This document shows, in pieces, positions 28,990 through 39,111 of a stretch of DNA of 64,000 nt. The DNA is from an uncultured Candidatus Saccharibacteria bacterium (GTDB lineage: Bacteria; Patescibacteriota; SICC01): the NCBI GenBank assembly GCA_964525455.1, contig CAZGHP010000002.1:1362-65361 (forward strand), in the 5' to 3' direction. The notes below the pieces were generated by a model. The model was not told the origin of the DNA, did not search any database, and saw nothing but the letters and a program-made list of their open reading frames with translations. A program made the position numbers and the translations under genes. The stretch's first letter is position 1. Each line of letters begins with the position of its first letter.

Positions 28990-29592
28990 GCTCGCCGGCG
29001 CCCCTTTCCGAAGTAGCATTCGCCGCGGACGGCGAAGGACCAAGCATCGAAAGGAGTTGGGGCTCCCTGATGATCCGGGAGCCCCGGCCCTACCTATTCT
29101 TAGGTGTGCCGGGCAGCGGGCTTGGCACCGCCGGTCTGAGCCTCATACACGAGCATTTGTTTTGATTTTATCCCGTCAGAGGGCTCAGGCCGGTGGCGCA
29201 AAGAGTTGCTGCCCGGCACGTGGTCAGGACAAACGATGAAAGGTTCTTCCGAACGCTTGGATTTGGTTTGACGTCTTTGAAGTGATGGACCGCCGTGACG
29301 GGCCATCGTTGGTGTTTGTTTGCTCTCGAGAACGCTCCCGTAAGGAGCGAGACGTTCGTCCGCTGACCGGGTGGGTGGGATCGGCACCCGCTCGAACAGC
29401 AGGGCGTCGAGCACCTTCTGGCTAGCAATACGGTCAATGAAGGTTGGTGTTTTTGTTTTCCTTCTCAGGAGGCGCTGCGCATCTTGAGAGGGTGCTCGAG
29501 TCCCTGCCGTTCAAGGCTGGTAGGACACTGGTTGGTAAGGCGACAAAAAGTCCCGATGCTGCGGGCCGTTTGGCCACCGCTCAATCGGGATT
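28990..29592. ncRNA. Candidate large structured non-coding RNA (strand uncertain)
   Basis: At least 8 nested stems, no credible ORF, adjacent minus-strand promoter. Confidence 0.55.
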
Positions 29593-29597
29593 AAGTC

Positions 29598-29626
29598 AAC
29601 TTATCACGCTGAACAAATACTGTCAA
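29598..29626 (-). promoter_or_regulatory. Sigma70-type promoter
   Basis: TTGACA-17 nt-(TGa)TAAGTT. Confidence 0.6.
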
Positions 29627-29693
29627 TACCTATTCAAAAATTATGTTCAGCACGGCTCCGCGGGCTACGGGACGGGACGTATGGCGGGCGGTC

Positions 29694-30740
29694 CTAGCTC
29701 CGGACGTCCGAGGGCGGCTGTTCGGCGGGCTCCTCGTCCGGCTGCTCCGCGAACGCCTCCAGCTTCCGCTTGGCCTTCGTCTTGTCGGTCGGGAGCGTGC
29801 CGGCCTGGGTGATCTTCCCCCTGAGCCGATCGTAGTCCTTGCCGACCACGTCCACCGTATTGCGCGCGTTGCCGAGGTGCTTGAACAGCAGCCCCAGGCT
29901 GCCGCCGAGTTTTCCCGAATCCTGCTGGATCGCCCGGAGTTCTATCAGCACCTCCTTTGCCCGCGCCTCGATCTGTTCGCCCTCGAGGCTCTTCAATACC
30001 AACTGGAGGAACAGGTAGAAGTTGTTCGGCGAGACCAGGATCACGTGCTTCGCGGCTGCGTAATCGTAAAGGTCGGTGCTGGAATAGATCTCGTGGAAGA
30101 TGCCTTCGCCGGGTACGTACATGAACGCGTAGTCCACCGTGTCCTCGCCGGGCAGGATGTACTTCTTCGAGATGTCGTCGATATGCTTCTTGACCTGCTT
30201 GTGGAATTCCCGGAGCAACGGCGCGCGTTGGTCCTCCGGCACCTTGTGGGCGGCCAGGTACTTCTCGAGCGGAAACTTCGAGTCGATCGGGATCAGGCCG
30301 CTCGAGGTGAACACCACCGCGTCCACCTTCTCGCCGCTCTTGAAGCCGTACTGCAGCTTGAACTTCGCCTTCGGCAGGCACTCCGCCAGGATGTCGCGCA
30401 TCAGCGACTCACCGACGTTGCCGCGCAGTTTCGGCGAACGGAACACCTCGCGCATCTCCTCGATGGACTGGCCCATCTTCTGGATGCGTCCGACCTCCTG
30501 GTTCAGCGAAGCGATCACCTTGGCGGCGTTATCAAGGCGGTCGCCGATCTGGCGGGTCGCCTCCTGGGAACTCCGGCTGGCATGGCGCTGGTCCTCCTTG
30601 AAGTCCTTGAGCCATTCCACGAGGGCACCCTGGTCGTCTTTGCCCGCCCGTTCACGCCGTTGGCGGAGCAGTTCATAGTAGACCGCGCCGACCATCACTA
30701 CCAAGGTGACGGCGGCGATGACAAGGAGGGTGGTAGTCAT
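29694..30740 (-). CDS. rmuC: DNA recombination protein RmuC family
   Basis: PKLRGNVGE, IPIDSKFP, ISKKYILPGEDTVDYAFMYVP. Confidence 0.9.
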   Translation of the reverse strand: MTTTLLVIAAVTLVVMVGAVYYELLRQRRERAGKDDQGALVEWLKDFKEDQRHASRSSQEATRQIGDRLDNAAKVIASLNQEVGRIQKMGQSIEEMREVFRSPKLRGNVGESLMRDILAECLPKAKFKLQYGFKSGEKVDAVVFTSSGLIPIDSKFPLEKYLAAHKVPEDQRAPLLREFHKQVKKHIDDISKKYILPGEDTVDYAFMYVPGEGIFHEIYSSTDLYDYAAAKHVILVSPNNFYLFLQLVLKSLEGEQIEARAKEVLIELRAIQQDSGKLGGSLGLLFKHLGNARNTVDVVGKDYDRLRGKITQAGTLPTDKTKAKRKLEAFAEQPDEEPAEQPPSDVRS

Positions 30741-30749
30741 ACCTCCAGC

Positions 30750-31496
30750 CTAAAGCACATCGTCGGCCGCGGAAATGATCCGCGGCTCGGAAATATCGTA
30801 GACCAGGTCCTTCCGTTCCAGTACGATCCGCCAGCCGTTCTCCTTGGCGACCTCGAAAAGCTTCCGGTTGGGGTTGAAGGCGATCGGATGCTCGACCAGC
30901 TCCAGGAACCCGACGTCCCCTTCCGTATCGCCGACGCCGAACGAATCGTCCAGCTTGAACTCCGCATGCTTGGAAAGGAAGTACCGCACGATAGCGGCCT
31001 TGTCATAATACGGCTGCATCCCGATCGGTTTCCCGGTAAAGCGACCGGCCTTCATCTCTTGTTCCGAACCGAAGATATAGTCGAACTTGAGGTACCGGTT
31101 GTAGATCTTGAGCGCCGGCAGCAACATGCCGGAGACGGCCAACAGCGCGTACCCGCGTTCCCGGAGCCGCTCCAAGAGATCATGCGTGAACCGGTACTGC
31201 CGGTTCTTGAGCCGACCGATCACCTCATCCGCCAAGGCGGTGAACTCCCGCTCCGGGACGCCGACAAGATCATGCTCGATCAAGCGGACGAGCTGCTCGT
31301 TGTATTGTTCGAAGCTACCCTGTCGGTCCTTCCAGGCGTTCTGCGCGGCGACCAGGCCGGCATAGGCTCCCTTCGGCAGGAGTTCGACCGCGATCATCCG
31401 GTCGACGATCTCGATCATCACCGCGGAGCGGAACAACGTGCCGTCGATGTCGAAGATGGCGAGAGGGCGCTTGTCGTGTGTGTGTGACGCAGGCAT
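30750..31496 (-). CDS. HAD-IB family hydrolase
   Basis: FDIDGTL, VSG, GVGDTEGD, AFNP. Confidence 0.9.
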   Translation of the reverse strand: MPASHTHDKRPLAIFDIDGTLFRSAVMIEIVDRMIAVELLPKGAYAGLVAAQNAWKDRQGSFEQYNEQLVRLIEHDLVGVPEREFTALADEVIGRLKNRQYRFTHDLLERLRERGYALLAVSGMLLPALKIYNRYLKFDYIFGSEQEMKAGRFTGKPIGMQPYYDKAAIVRYFLSKHAEFKLDDSFGVGDTEGDVGFLELVEHPIAFNPNRKLFEVAKENGWRIVLERKDLVYDISEPRIISAADDVL

Positions 31497-31510
31497 GGGG
31501 ATCGGTGCGG

Positions 31511-34417
31511 TCAGGACTTGGTCCGGTGCTTCGGTCGATGGCCGGGGCAGTCGGCGAACGGGCTGCATTCATGCGGCGTGGTGTTCGGCGGGAACTCGCC
31601 GTTCCGGATCGCGGCGGCCGTCTCCACGATCTTCTCACGCATCGCGGAAAGCTGCTTCTCCGTCGGCAGGGCGGCCGCCGACACGCCCGTCCCCACGAAG
31701 TTCAAGACGATCCGTTCCGGCGCCTCCCCTTGCTCCTCCTGGTAGGCCAGCGCGTAAATCTGGAGCTGCTTGGCCTGGTCGCTCTGTTTGATCTTCCGTT
31801 CCGCCTCGGCCGTGCTCCTTACCGATTCGCTGGTCTTATAATCCACGATCGTGGACTTGCCGTGGTGCGTGTCGATCCGGTCCAGACGTCCGATCACCAC
31901 GCAACCTGATAGCACCATCTTGAAAGGATGCTCCACCTTGGTCGGCGCCGGGCGCTTGGCCTCCTCGGCGAAAAACCGTTTGACCGTAGCGGCCCCCTGC
32001 TTCCGCACGCGCGCAAGCTGGCCGGGCCGGTGGATATCCGGAAGCGCCGTGACACCCCGCTCGAACCAGTCGAGGCTTTCCTTGAGGTCCGGCGCGCGGC
32101 CCTCCAGCTTGGCCCGGTTGATCCGTTCGATCACACGGTGGATCAGGTTCCCGTATTCCGTCACGAGCCGGCGTTCCTCGGGAAACTTCGCCACGTGCTT
32201 CCAGTAGTACTTAAGGGGGCATTCCCAGTAGTCGCGGAGCCGGGAGTAGGAAAGCCGGATCGTCTCGCCCGCCGCCGACGGGCTGGCCGCCGCCGTCACC
32301 GGCGTCGACTGGGTCAGTGCCCGCCACGCGTCCTTCGGCGCGTCCGGCAGCGTCGTCGCGATGTCGGTCCCGAGCGCCTCCGTCACGAACGGGCTGGTAC
32401 GCCAGGCCCTCTTGGTCTGGTAATCGCTGGCGGCGGTGAGGTAGCAGAACCGCTTGGCGCGGGTGATCGCCACGTAGCAGAGCCGCCGCTCTTCGCGTTC
32501 GTGGGCCGCACTGTCGATCTCCTTTCCGACCACCGGGTCGATCGCAAGCTGGTTGCCGCGCCGGGCCTGCGGGAACTTCCCCTTCACCATGCCGGCGGCG
32601 GCCACGACCTCGAACTCAAGTCCCTTGGCGCCGTGCGCGGTAAGGATCCGGACGGCATCGTACTCGGCGTCGTACTCGGCCGCGACCGACTCCTCGGAAA
32701 GCGCGACGATATCGGCGTAATGCCGCGCCCATCCGGTCACGCTCGGATCCCGCGCCGTGGCGGCGTACTGCCGGAGCCGCGCGAAGAGTTTGCCGAGGTT
32801 CTCGACCGGTTGCTCGTCGCCGCCGGCCCGGAGGCGCTCGGCGTACCCGGCTTCGGCCAGCCAGTCGTAGAGGAGCTCGTCCACCGGCCGCTCGCGGGCA
32901 CGGCGGGCGTAGTCACGGATATCGTCGAGAAGCTTTCCGATCTGCTCCTTGCCAGCCCCTTTCTCCCGCTGCCAGGTGAACACCTCCCAAAGCGGCTTGT
33001 GGTAGCGCTGCATTTGGGGGGCGGCCGCGAACAGCGCGTCCATCGGCACGTCGTAGATCGGACTCGCGGCGAGGTACTTCAGCGCCGGGGAATCGTGCGG
33101 GTCGGCCACGGCCAGGAGGAAGTTCACGCAAAGCTTTATCTCCGGCTGGTCGTAGAGCCGGCCGCTTCCCTCCGCACGGTACGGGATTCCAGCCGCCGCC
33201 AGCGCCCGTGCGAAGTGGGAGCCGAGTTTCTTCTGCCGGACCAGCACCGCCATTTCCTGCCACGGCACTCCCTGCTCGTGGTGATGCCGGAACCGTTCCG
33301 CCACCCCCTCGGCTTCGTCCGTGACCGTCGCGAAAGTCAGGAACTGCGGCGCTGCGGCCTCCTGTACCGCCGCGGCCGTGAGCCGCTTGTCGAAATCGCC
33401 CTGCGCCTCGAGCCGGTCGGGGTTATGGCGGACCAGCCGGTACGCCGCGTCGAGGATCGGCTGGGAGCTCCGGTAGTTCTCGGTCAGTACCACCCGCGCC
33501 GGTTTCCGATGGGTCTTTTCGAACCGCTGGATGTTCCCGATGTCCGCCCCCTGGAACGCGTAGATGCTCTGGTCGTCATCGCCGACCACCGTGAGGTTCC
33601 CGTCCGTGCCGGCGACCTCATCCACCAGCGCCGCCTGCGTCGCGTTGGTGTCCTGGTACTCGTCTACCAAGACCCAGGGAAACGTCTTCCGGATCCGGGC
33701 GCGGATCTCCGGCTTGTCCCGGAGCAGCCGGAGCGGCAGCTGCACCTGGTCCCCGTAGTCGATCAGATAATGTTCCCGCTTGAGCTCCTCATATGCCGCG
33801 TATGCCGCGGCCACCTCCCGGTGGCGGACCAGCTTCCGCCCGGCGTCGGCGCGTTCATCCGGGTCGGTGAGCTTCTTCACCCGGGCCGCTTCGCGCTTCG
33901 TCCACTTCACGTAGTCGGCGGGAGTAAGATCCTCCGCCTTGGCACGGTTGATCGCCGAGGCGAGTTCACCGAGATACGCCGCCGGGCGGCCACGCGGCGA
34001 GAGCGTCTCGAGGCCGAGTTCCTCGAGGTGGTCTTCGAGGAAAATCACCTGCTCCGCTTCGCCGAGCAGTTGGTACGTCGGCGGGAGTCCGAGCTCGAAG
34101 GAGTATTCACGAAGCAGCGCGTCGCCGAAGGCGTGGAACGTCTGGATATGTTCCGGCAACGACGGGAGTCCCATCCCGATCAGCCGATCGAGCATCTCGC
34201 CAGCTGCCTTCTCCGTGAAGGTGATAGCCAGGATCCCCGCCGCCGGCACGTCGCGTTCTTCGATCAGGTGGGCGATCCGCCGCGTGATCACGCTGGTCTT
34301 GCCGGTCCCCGCCCCGGCGATGATCAGGAGCGGCCCCGTGCCGTGGGTGACGGCGGCGCGTTGGGCATCGTTCAGCCCGTCGAGCGGCTTTTGGGATTGC
34401 GGAGATCGTGAGGACAC
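31511..34417 (-). CDS. UvrD/PcrA-like helicase fused to a PD-(D/E)XK nuclease
   Basis: AGAGTGKT, VDEYQDTN, NYRS, HGAKGLEF; GRLDRID..IVDYKT, QLQIY. Confidence 0.93.
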   Translation of the reverse strand: MSSRSPQSQKPLDGLNDAQRAAVTHGTGPLLIIAGAGTGKTSVITRRIAHLIEERDVPAAGILAITFTEKAAGEMLDRLIGMGLPSLPEHIQTFHAFGDALLREYSFELGLPPTYQLLGEAEQVIFLEDHLEELGLETLSPRGRPAAYLGELASAINRAKAEDLTPADYVKWTKREAARVKKLTDPDERADAGRKLVRHREVAAAYAAYEELKREHYLIDYGDQVQLPLRLLRDKPEIRARIRKTFPWVLVDEYQDTNATQAALVDEVAGTDGNLTVVGDDDQSIYAFQGADIGNIQRFEKTHRKPARVVLTENYRSSQPILDAAYRLVRHNPDRLEAQGDFDKRLTAAAVQEAAAPQFLTFATVTDEAEGVAERFRHHHEQGVPWQEMAVLVRQKKLGSHFARALAAAGIPYRAEGSGRLYDQPEIKLCVNFLLAVADPHDSPALKYLAASPIYDVPMDALFAAAPQMQRYHKPLWEVFTWQREKGAGKEQIGKLLDDIRDYARRARERPVDELLYDWLAEAGYAERLRAGGDEQPVENLGKLFARLRQYAATARDPSVTGWARHYADIVALSEESVAAEYDAEYDAVRILTAHGAKGLEFEVVAAAGMVKGKFPQARRGNQLAIDPVVGKEIDSAAHEREERRLCYVAITRAKRFCYLTAASDYQTKRAWRTSPFVTEALGTDIATTLPDAPKDAWRALTQSTPVTAAASPSAAGETIRLSYSRLRDYWECPLKYYWKHVAKFPEERRLVTEYGNLIHRVIERINRAKLEGRAPDLKESLDWFERGVTALPDIHRPGQLARVRKQGAATVKRFFAEEAKRPAPTKVEHPFKMVLSGCVVIGRLDRIDTHHGKSTIVDYKTSESVRSTAEAERKIKQSDQAKQLQIYALAYQEEQGEAPERIVLNFVGTGVSAAALPTEKQLSAMREKIVETAAAIRNGEFPPNTTPHECSPFADCPGHRPKHRTKS

Positions 34418-34434
34418 AGCCCCATTCTACCCTC

Positions 34435-35175
34435 CTACTCGAACAGCCCGCCGTCACGGCCGCCGCCCCGGTCCGAGCGCTTCCGCTCCGGCTCACGGAC
34501 GTAGCGCACCCCCTGCCGGGTGGTGCGCTGGAGCACCAGGTAGGCGGCGGCCGAAGCCGCGGCCAAGGTCGCCAACACGATCAGGCTGAAGAGGATGATG
34601 CCGCGCACCCGCACGAACTCGGTACCGAGCAGGCCGTCCACATACCCGGACAGTCCCGGGCTGAGCGACCCGAGGCCGATGATCGCGCAGAGCGCCACGA
34701 ACGCCGCGAGCCCCGCCCGGAGGTCCTGGACGCTCGGTGCCATCGCCGCCGTGATCGCGGAAGCCAGGTACGCGAAGAGCAGGAACTGCCAGGAGGAGAT
34801 CGCGAGTTCCCCGAACCCGACGAAACCCGGCACCAGGGCGAGGGCTAGCAGGTAGACCGCGATCGCCGCGCCGAGGATCGGCGCCACGCTGATGATGCCG
34901 ACGCCGAGCGCCATCCGCGGCTCTTCGTGCACCACCGCGCCGCCAGCGGCATCGAACACCCGGACCTGCCGGATCCGGGCGCCGGTCAGGATACAGGCCA
35001 GGGCGTGCGAATACTCATGGATGATCACGCCCGGCGCGATCAGGAACCGGTAGGTCCGTCCCACGAACACCCGCGCCAGGAACCAGTTGGCCGCATAGGA
35101 AAGGAGCAACGCCGCGACCAGCAGGCCGAGCAGCTGCACGCCCGGGTTAGCAATCAGTGCTTCGACGACCGTCAC
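34435..35175 (-). CDS. Membrane metalloprotease (M50B-like)
   Basis: PGVIIHEYSHA, APSVQD, several TMs. Confidence 0.75.
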   Translation of the reverse strand: MTVVEALIANPGVQLLGLLVAALLLSYAANWFLARVFVGRTYRFLIAPGVIIHEYSHALACILTGARIRQVRVFDAAGGAVVHEEPRMALGVGIISVAPILGAAIAVYLLALALVPGFVGFGELAISSWQFLLFAYLASAITAAMAPSVQDLRAGLAAFVALCAIIGLGSLSPGLSGYVDGLLGTEFVRVRGIILFSLIVLATLAAASAAAYLVLQRTTRQGVRYVREPERKRSDRGGGRDGGLFE

Positions 35176-35179
35176 GGCG

Positions 35180-36652
35180 CTAGATCCAACTCTTGAACCA
35201 CATCCGGCGGGCGTAGTCGGCGGCGTCGAGCCCGACGCCCGTCCAGACCGGGTAGAAGTAAACGAACGCCAGCAGCGCCAGCGCGATGAACGCGACACCC
35301 TGCTTCTTCCCCCAGCGCCAGTCCGGCCGCTTGGTCAGCGCCCACCACAGCGTCGCGCCGCCGGCCAGCAGCGTCCCGGCCGTGAACCAGCCCACCGACC
35401 CGCCGAGCGCCGAGCGGAGGAGTAATCCGCCGAGCACCCCGTTCGCCGCCAACAGCCCGAGCCAGGCCACCGCCTGCGGCCACGGGTCCTTCGGCCGCCA
35501 GTACCAGTTCGAACCGAGCGCGTACGCCAGCGCCAGGATCACGAACGGCAGCGCGCCCGCATAATGATAGATGAACAGCACGCGCCCGATCACGGCCCAA
35601 GGCGCATAGTGCGCCAGGATCGCGAAAAGGACGAACGCCAGGACCAGGCTTCGACGCCGGGCCAACTGTACCGCCGCGAACAGCACGGCGAGGGCTCCGC
35701 CCCACCAGACGACGGGGTTGCCCATCGCGATGACGCCCTGCCACTGCCCTTCCACGACCTTGAAGTAGTAGGCGACCGGGCGGACCATCGCCGGCCAGGT
35801 GTACCAGTCGGATCCGTACGGATGCGTCGCGTCGAGATTATGGTGATAGTTCCAGATCTGCTTATGGATGCCGGCCGCGTTCTCGCCGGTCGAATCGAAC
35901 GGGACGTGGGCCGCGAAGATCGCGGCATAAATGATCACCGGTACGATGACCAGCCAGGCGACGTAGTGTTCCGCGCGGAAGAGATTCTCCTTACGGACGC
36001 CGAGCGCCGCGAGCAGCGATGCACCGGACCGGACCTTGAAGAACTTACGGATCCGGCGACGGTCGCGGAACGCGAACAGGAGGAGCAGTCCGGCCGCCGG
36101 GGCGACGAACGCCAGCGTGATCCACTTCAGGGACAGGCCGAGAGCGAGCGCCACGCCGGTGGCCGCGAGCCAGCGGTAGGCCGCCCCGCGGGTCTTCGCC
36201 TGGAGCGAGCAGAGGAACAGCAGGTAGGTCAGGACGTTGAAGAAGATGACGAAGCCGTCGAGCACGGCCGTCCGCGATTCGACGAGCAAGAAGCCGTCGA
36301 GCAACGCCAGCGTGCCGGCGAACGCCGGGATCACCGTCCCGCCGAACAGGCGTTTGGCGAGGAGGTACATCAGCGGTATCACCGCCGTGCCGAACAGCGC
36401 CGGTGCCAGACGCCAGCCGAAGGAATCGTAACCGAACAGCCATTCCCCGCCGGCGATCAGGAACTTGCCAAGCGGTGGCTCCGCGTCGAAGAACTCGGTG
36501 CCCGTAAGGTAGTTCTGGGCGAAGACCGCGAAGTACGTCTCGTCGAAGATGATCTCACCGGGATGTCCCAGATACACCAGCCGCAGCAACAATGCGGCGA
36601 GCGTCAGGCCCCCGAGAATCCACCAGTCACGGCGTGTCATGCTCCGCACCAT
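35180..36652 (-). CDS. Protein O-mannosyltransferase-like (PMT/GT-C) glycosyltransferase
   Basis: IFDETY, PPLGK, GWR, KW, HPYGSDWYTWP, GNPVVWW. Confidence 0.88.
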   Translation of the reverse strand: MVRSMTRRDWWILGGLTLAALLLRLVYLGHPGEIIFDETYFAVFAQNYLTGTEFFDAEPPLGKFLIAGGEWLFGYDSFGWRLAPALFGTAVIPLMYLLAKRLFGGTVIPAFAGTLALLDGFLLVESRTAVLDGFVIFFNVLTYLLFLCSLQAKTRGAAYRWLAATGVALALGLSLKWITLAFVAPAAGLLLLFAFRDRRRIRKFFKVRSGASLLAALGVRKENLFRAEHYVAWLVIVPVIIYAAIFAAHVPFDSTGENAAGIHKQIWNYHHNLDATHPYGSDWYTWPAMVRPVAYYFKVVEGQWQGVIAMGNPVVWWGGALAVLFAAVQLARRRSLVLAFVLFAILAHYAPWAVIGRVLFIYHYAGALPFVILALAYALGSNWYWRPKDPWPQAVAWLGLLAANGVLGGLLLRSALGGSVGWFTAGTLLAGGATLWWALTKRPDWRWGKKQGVAFIALALLAFVYFYPVWTGVGLDAADYARRMWFKSWI

Positions 36653-36765
36653 TCAAGCGTACCACTTGATCTCAGGATAAGTCGGTGCCGGCGTGCCGTT
36701 CCGGCCGGCGGGCGCGACGGGGACGTTTTCACGGGCGTCCCACGGGCGCTATACTATACTCCGTT

Positions 36766-39111
36766 ATGCCTGAATCCGACGAATTGGATTTCGGGGGCGA
36801 CCACCCCGAGAACCTCCAGTACACCACCAAGGACGCGCGGCTCCTCAACCAGACCGAAACCGGCATCGCCCGGGCGGTGGCCGAGGAGTCCGAGAACTTC
36901 CTCGAGCGCCAGTACGGACGCGTCTTCATCGTCGCCGACACGCCGTTCACCGACGACGCCTACGACGTCGGCGAGATCATCACCGACACGTTCCAGCGCG
37001 AGTTCTTCGAAGACCTCAACCGCTCCGTCGGAGGCTCCTTCGAGCACGCCCTCACCGTCCTCAACCAGACCCTTGCCGACCTCGCCGCCGAGGGGCAATC
37101 CGACTGGGTCGGCAAGCTCGACGCGGTCATCTGCGTCGTCCGTGAGAACGAGATATTCGTGACCCAGGCCGGAAACGCCAAGGCCTACCTGGTCCGCGGC
37201 CACGCTTCCACCGACATCACCGAAGGACTTTCCGAACCGCCGGCCGGCGGCCAGACCGCCAAGACGTTCCTGAACGTGGCCGAAGGCGCGCTTGAGGTCG
37301 GCGACAAGCTCCTGCTGGCGACGCCGGAGCTGCTCTCCCGGATTCCGATCCGCGATCTCCGCCGAACGGTCTTCCTGCACCCACCAGTGCGGGCGATCCA
37401 GAAACTCGCGGAACATCTCGCCGAGCAACGGCCGGAGCGCTTCGCGTCGGTAATCGTCGAACTCACGACCGTCGACCTGATCTCCTCGGAAACCCTTTCC
37501 GACGAACCGAACGAGATCATCCTCTCCGCGCCGCGGCGGCACTTCGAGACGCTCCAACGGTTACGGCCGCTGCGCAAGGATACCCCCGCTGCCGAACTGG
37601 CCGACAAGGCCAAGAAGCGCTGGGAGCAGCAGTTGAAGCCGCAGCTCAAACGCGTTACCGGCAACACGGCGCACCGGATCCGTTCCTGGCAGGCCGCACG
37701 CAAGGGCGAGACCCCGCCGCCTCCGCCGCCCCGCCATGCCGCCGGCACCCCGGAAACGGATTCCGCGACACGCCGGACGGAACATGCCCAACCCGACGGC
37801 TTCGCCGGGTCGGCCGCGGACACCGGCCGCCGGGTCGGCCGGCAAGCCATGCAGGCCGCCCGGCCCGTGATCCGGAAGGCGGGGCAGCTCTGGGAACGCA
37901 GCGGCATCCCGCGCTCGGACGCCTGGCGGCGGGTCCACGGCACCGCCCGGAACATCACCGAGCCGCTCTACCGACGCATCGGCGGCCTTCCCTGGCGAGA
38001 ACAGTTCGCCGGCAACAAACGCACCTTGTACCGTAATCTCCTGCTCGTCGGCGCGCTGATCCTGCTGATCAGCATCGCGCTTTCCGTGAACGCCGCCCAG
38101 AATCGCAAGGCCGAAGCCGCGGTCCGCGACCGTATCCAGGGGATCGAAGAACTCCAGGCCAAGGCCGAGGCAAGTTTCATCTTCAAGGACGTGCCCGGCG
38201 CCCGGAAGCAGCTCGCTACGGCGACCACCCGGGCCAATGAACTCGCCAGGGAGGGCGTCCTCGAGGATGAGGTTACCTCACTCCAGAAGAGCCTGCAGGT
38301 CTCGGCGGACCGGATCAATGTGGTGGTCAGGGTCAAGGACCCCGTCGCCGATTTCCGTAAGCAGACGAAGGAGCCGCTGCGCTCGCTGGCCCAATCCGGT
38401 ACCAGCTTCTACGCATTCGGGGGGCGGGCGCCGGTGATCACCTTCAATACCAACGGCAAGGAGGTCTCGGCCGGGGACGAACCGCCGGTACAGAACGCGG
38501 TCAGCGGTACCGCCACGACTTCCAACGGCGACGTCCTGCTGCTCACCGACAAGCCGGCGCTGGTCCAGCTCGATACCGCCTCCGGCGTGGCCGCGGAAAT
38601 CGAGCTCGGCACCGGCGGCACGTGGGAGGGCGGCGTCGCGGTCGACACGGTCCAGCAGAACGCGTACATCCTCGCCCCGGACGACGACCAGGTCTGGCGC
38701 CATACCCGGACGCTCTCCGCCTTCAACCGCGGCGAGGCCTACTTCGACGGCAAAGTCGAGCTGCGGGACGCGGTGGACATCGTGACCGGCGCGGCGGTAC
38801 ATATCCTGAAGTCGGACGGTTCCGTGATCCGTGCCACCGGCGGCGAACCGGCGAACCTGCCGCTCAAGCGGCCGCCGTCACCGGACGATTCGCTGGACGG
38901 TGCCACTGCGTTCGCGATCAACTTCGCGGATGACCATCTTTTCATCAGCGACCCCAAGCGGCGTCGCGTGGTCGAGTTCAACGCGGAAGGCGGCTATGTC
39001 CGCCAGTTCCACCACGATGACTTCGGCGGCATCACCGACGTCGTCGTCGACGACAAGACCGAGCAGCTCTACGTACTCTCCGACAACCGGCTCTGGCAGA
39101 TCGGGTTGTAA
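36766..39111 (+). CDS. Membrane protein: degenerate PP2C-like domain, TM, extracellular beta-propeller
   Basis: FIVAD / QAGNAKAYLVR / GDKLLLAT; TM; NHL-like ISDPKRRRVVEF. Confidence 0.7.
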   Translation: MPESDELDFGGDHPENLQYTTKDARLLNQTETGIARAVAEESENFLERQYGRVFIVADTPFTDDAYDVGEIITDTFQREFFEDLNRSVGGSFEHALTVLNQTLADLAAEGQSDWVGKLDAVICVVRENEIFVTQAGNAKAYLVRGHASTDITEGLSEPPAGGQTAKTFLNVAEGALEVGDKLLLATPELLSRIPIRDLRRTVFLHPPVRAIQKLAEHLAEQRPERFASVIVELTTVDLISSETLSDEPNEIILSAPRRHFETLQRLRPLRKDTPAAELADKAKKRWEQQLKPQLKRVTGNTAHRIRSWQAARKGETPPPPPPRHAAGTPETDSATRRTEHAQPDGFAGSAADTGRRVGRQAMQAARPVIRKAGQLWERSGIPRSDAWRRVHGTARNITEPLYRRIGGLPWREQFAGNKRTLYRNLLLVGALILLISIALSVNAAQNRKAEAAVRDRIQGIEELQAKAEASFIFKDVPGARKQLATATTRANELAREGVLEDEVTSLQKSLQVSADRINVVVRVKDPVADFRKQTKEPLRSLAQSGTSFYAFGGRAPVITFNTNGKEVSAGDEPPVQNAVSGTATTSNGDVLLLTDKPALVQLDTASGVAAEIELGTGGTWEGGVAVDTVQQNAYILAPDDDQVWRHTRTLSAFNRGEAYFDGKVELRDAVDIVTGAAVHILKSDGSVIRATGGEPANLPLKRPPSPDDSLDGATAFAINFADDHLFISDPKRRRVVEFNAEGGYVRQFHHDDFGGITDVVVDDKTEQLYVLSDNRLWQIGL

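Noticed and set aside
28985-29437. Short ORFs inside the lgt-rmuC intergenic region
   Set aside because: No SD, no motif, atypical composition; the stems explain the sequence better
28990-29592. RNase P, SRP RNA or group I/II intron identity for the structured region
   Set aside because: Diagnostic motifs not found by eye on either strand; a divergent member cannot be excluded without cmscan
29643-34411. Long plus-strand ORFs (614 aa, 827 aa), and similar ones such as 16540-18120 and 40109-41521
   Set aside because: Antisense shadows of well-supported minus-strand genes, expected from GC-rich codon bias
31511-34417. UvrD-nuclease fusion as a new defence system
   Set aside because: Known AdnAB/AddA-like repair architecture in housekeeping context; the possibly incomplete Cys set is too weak to interpret
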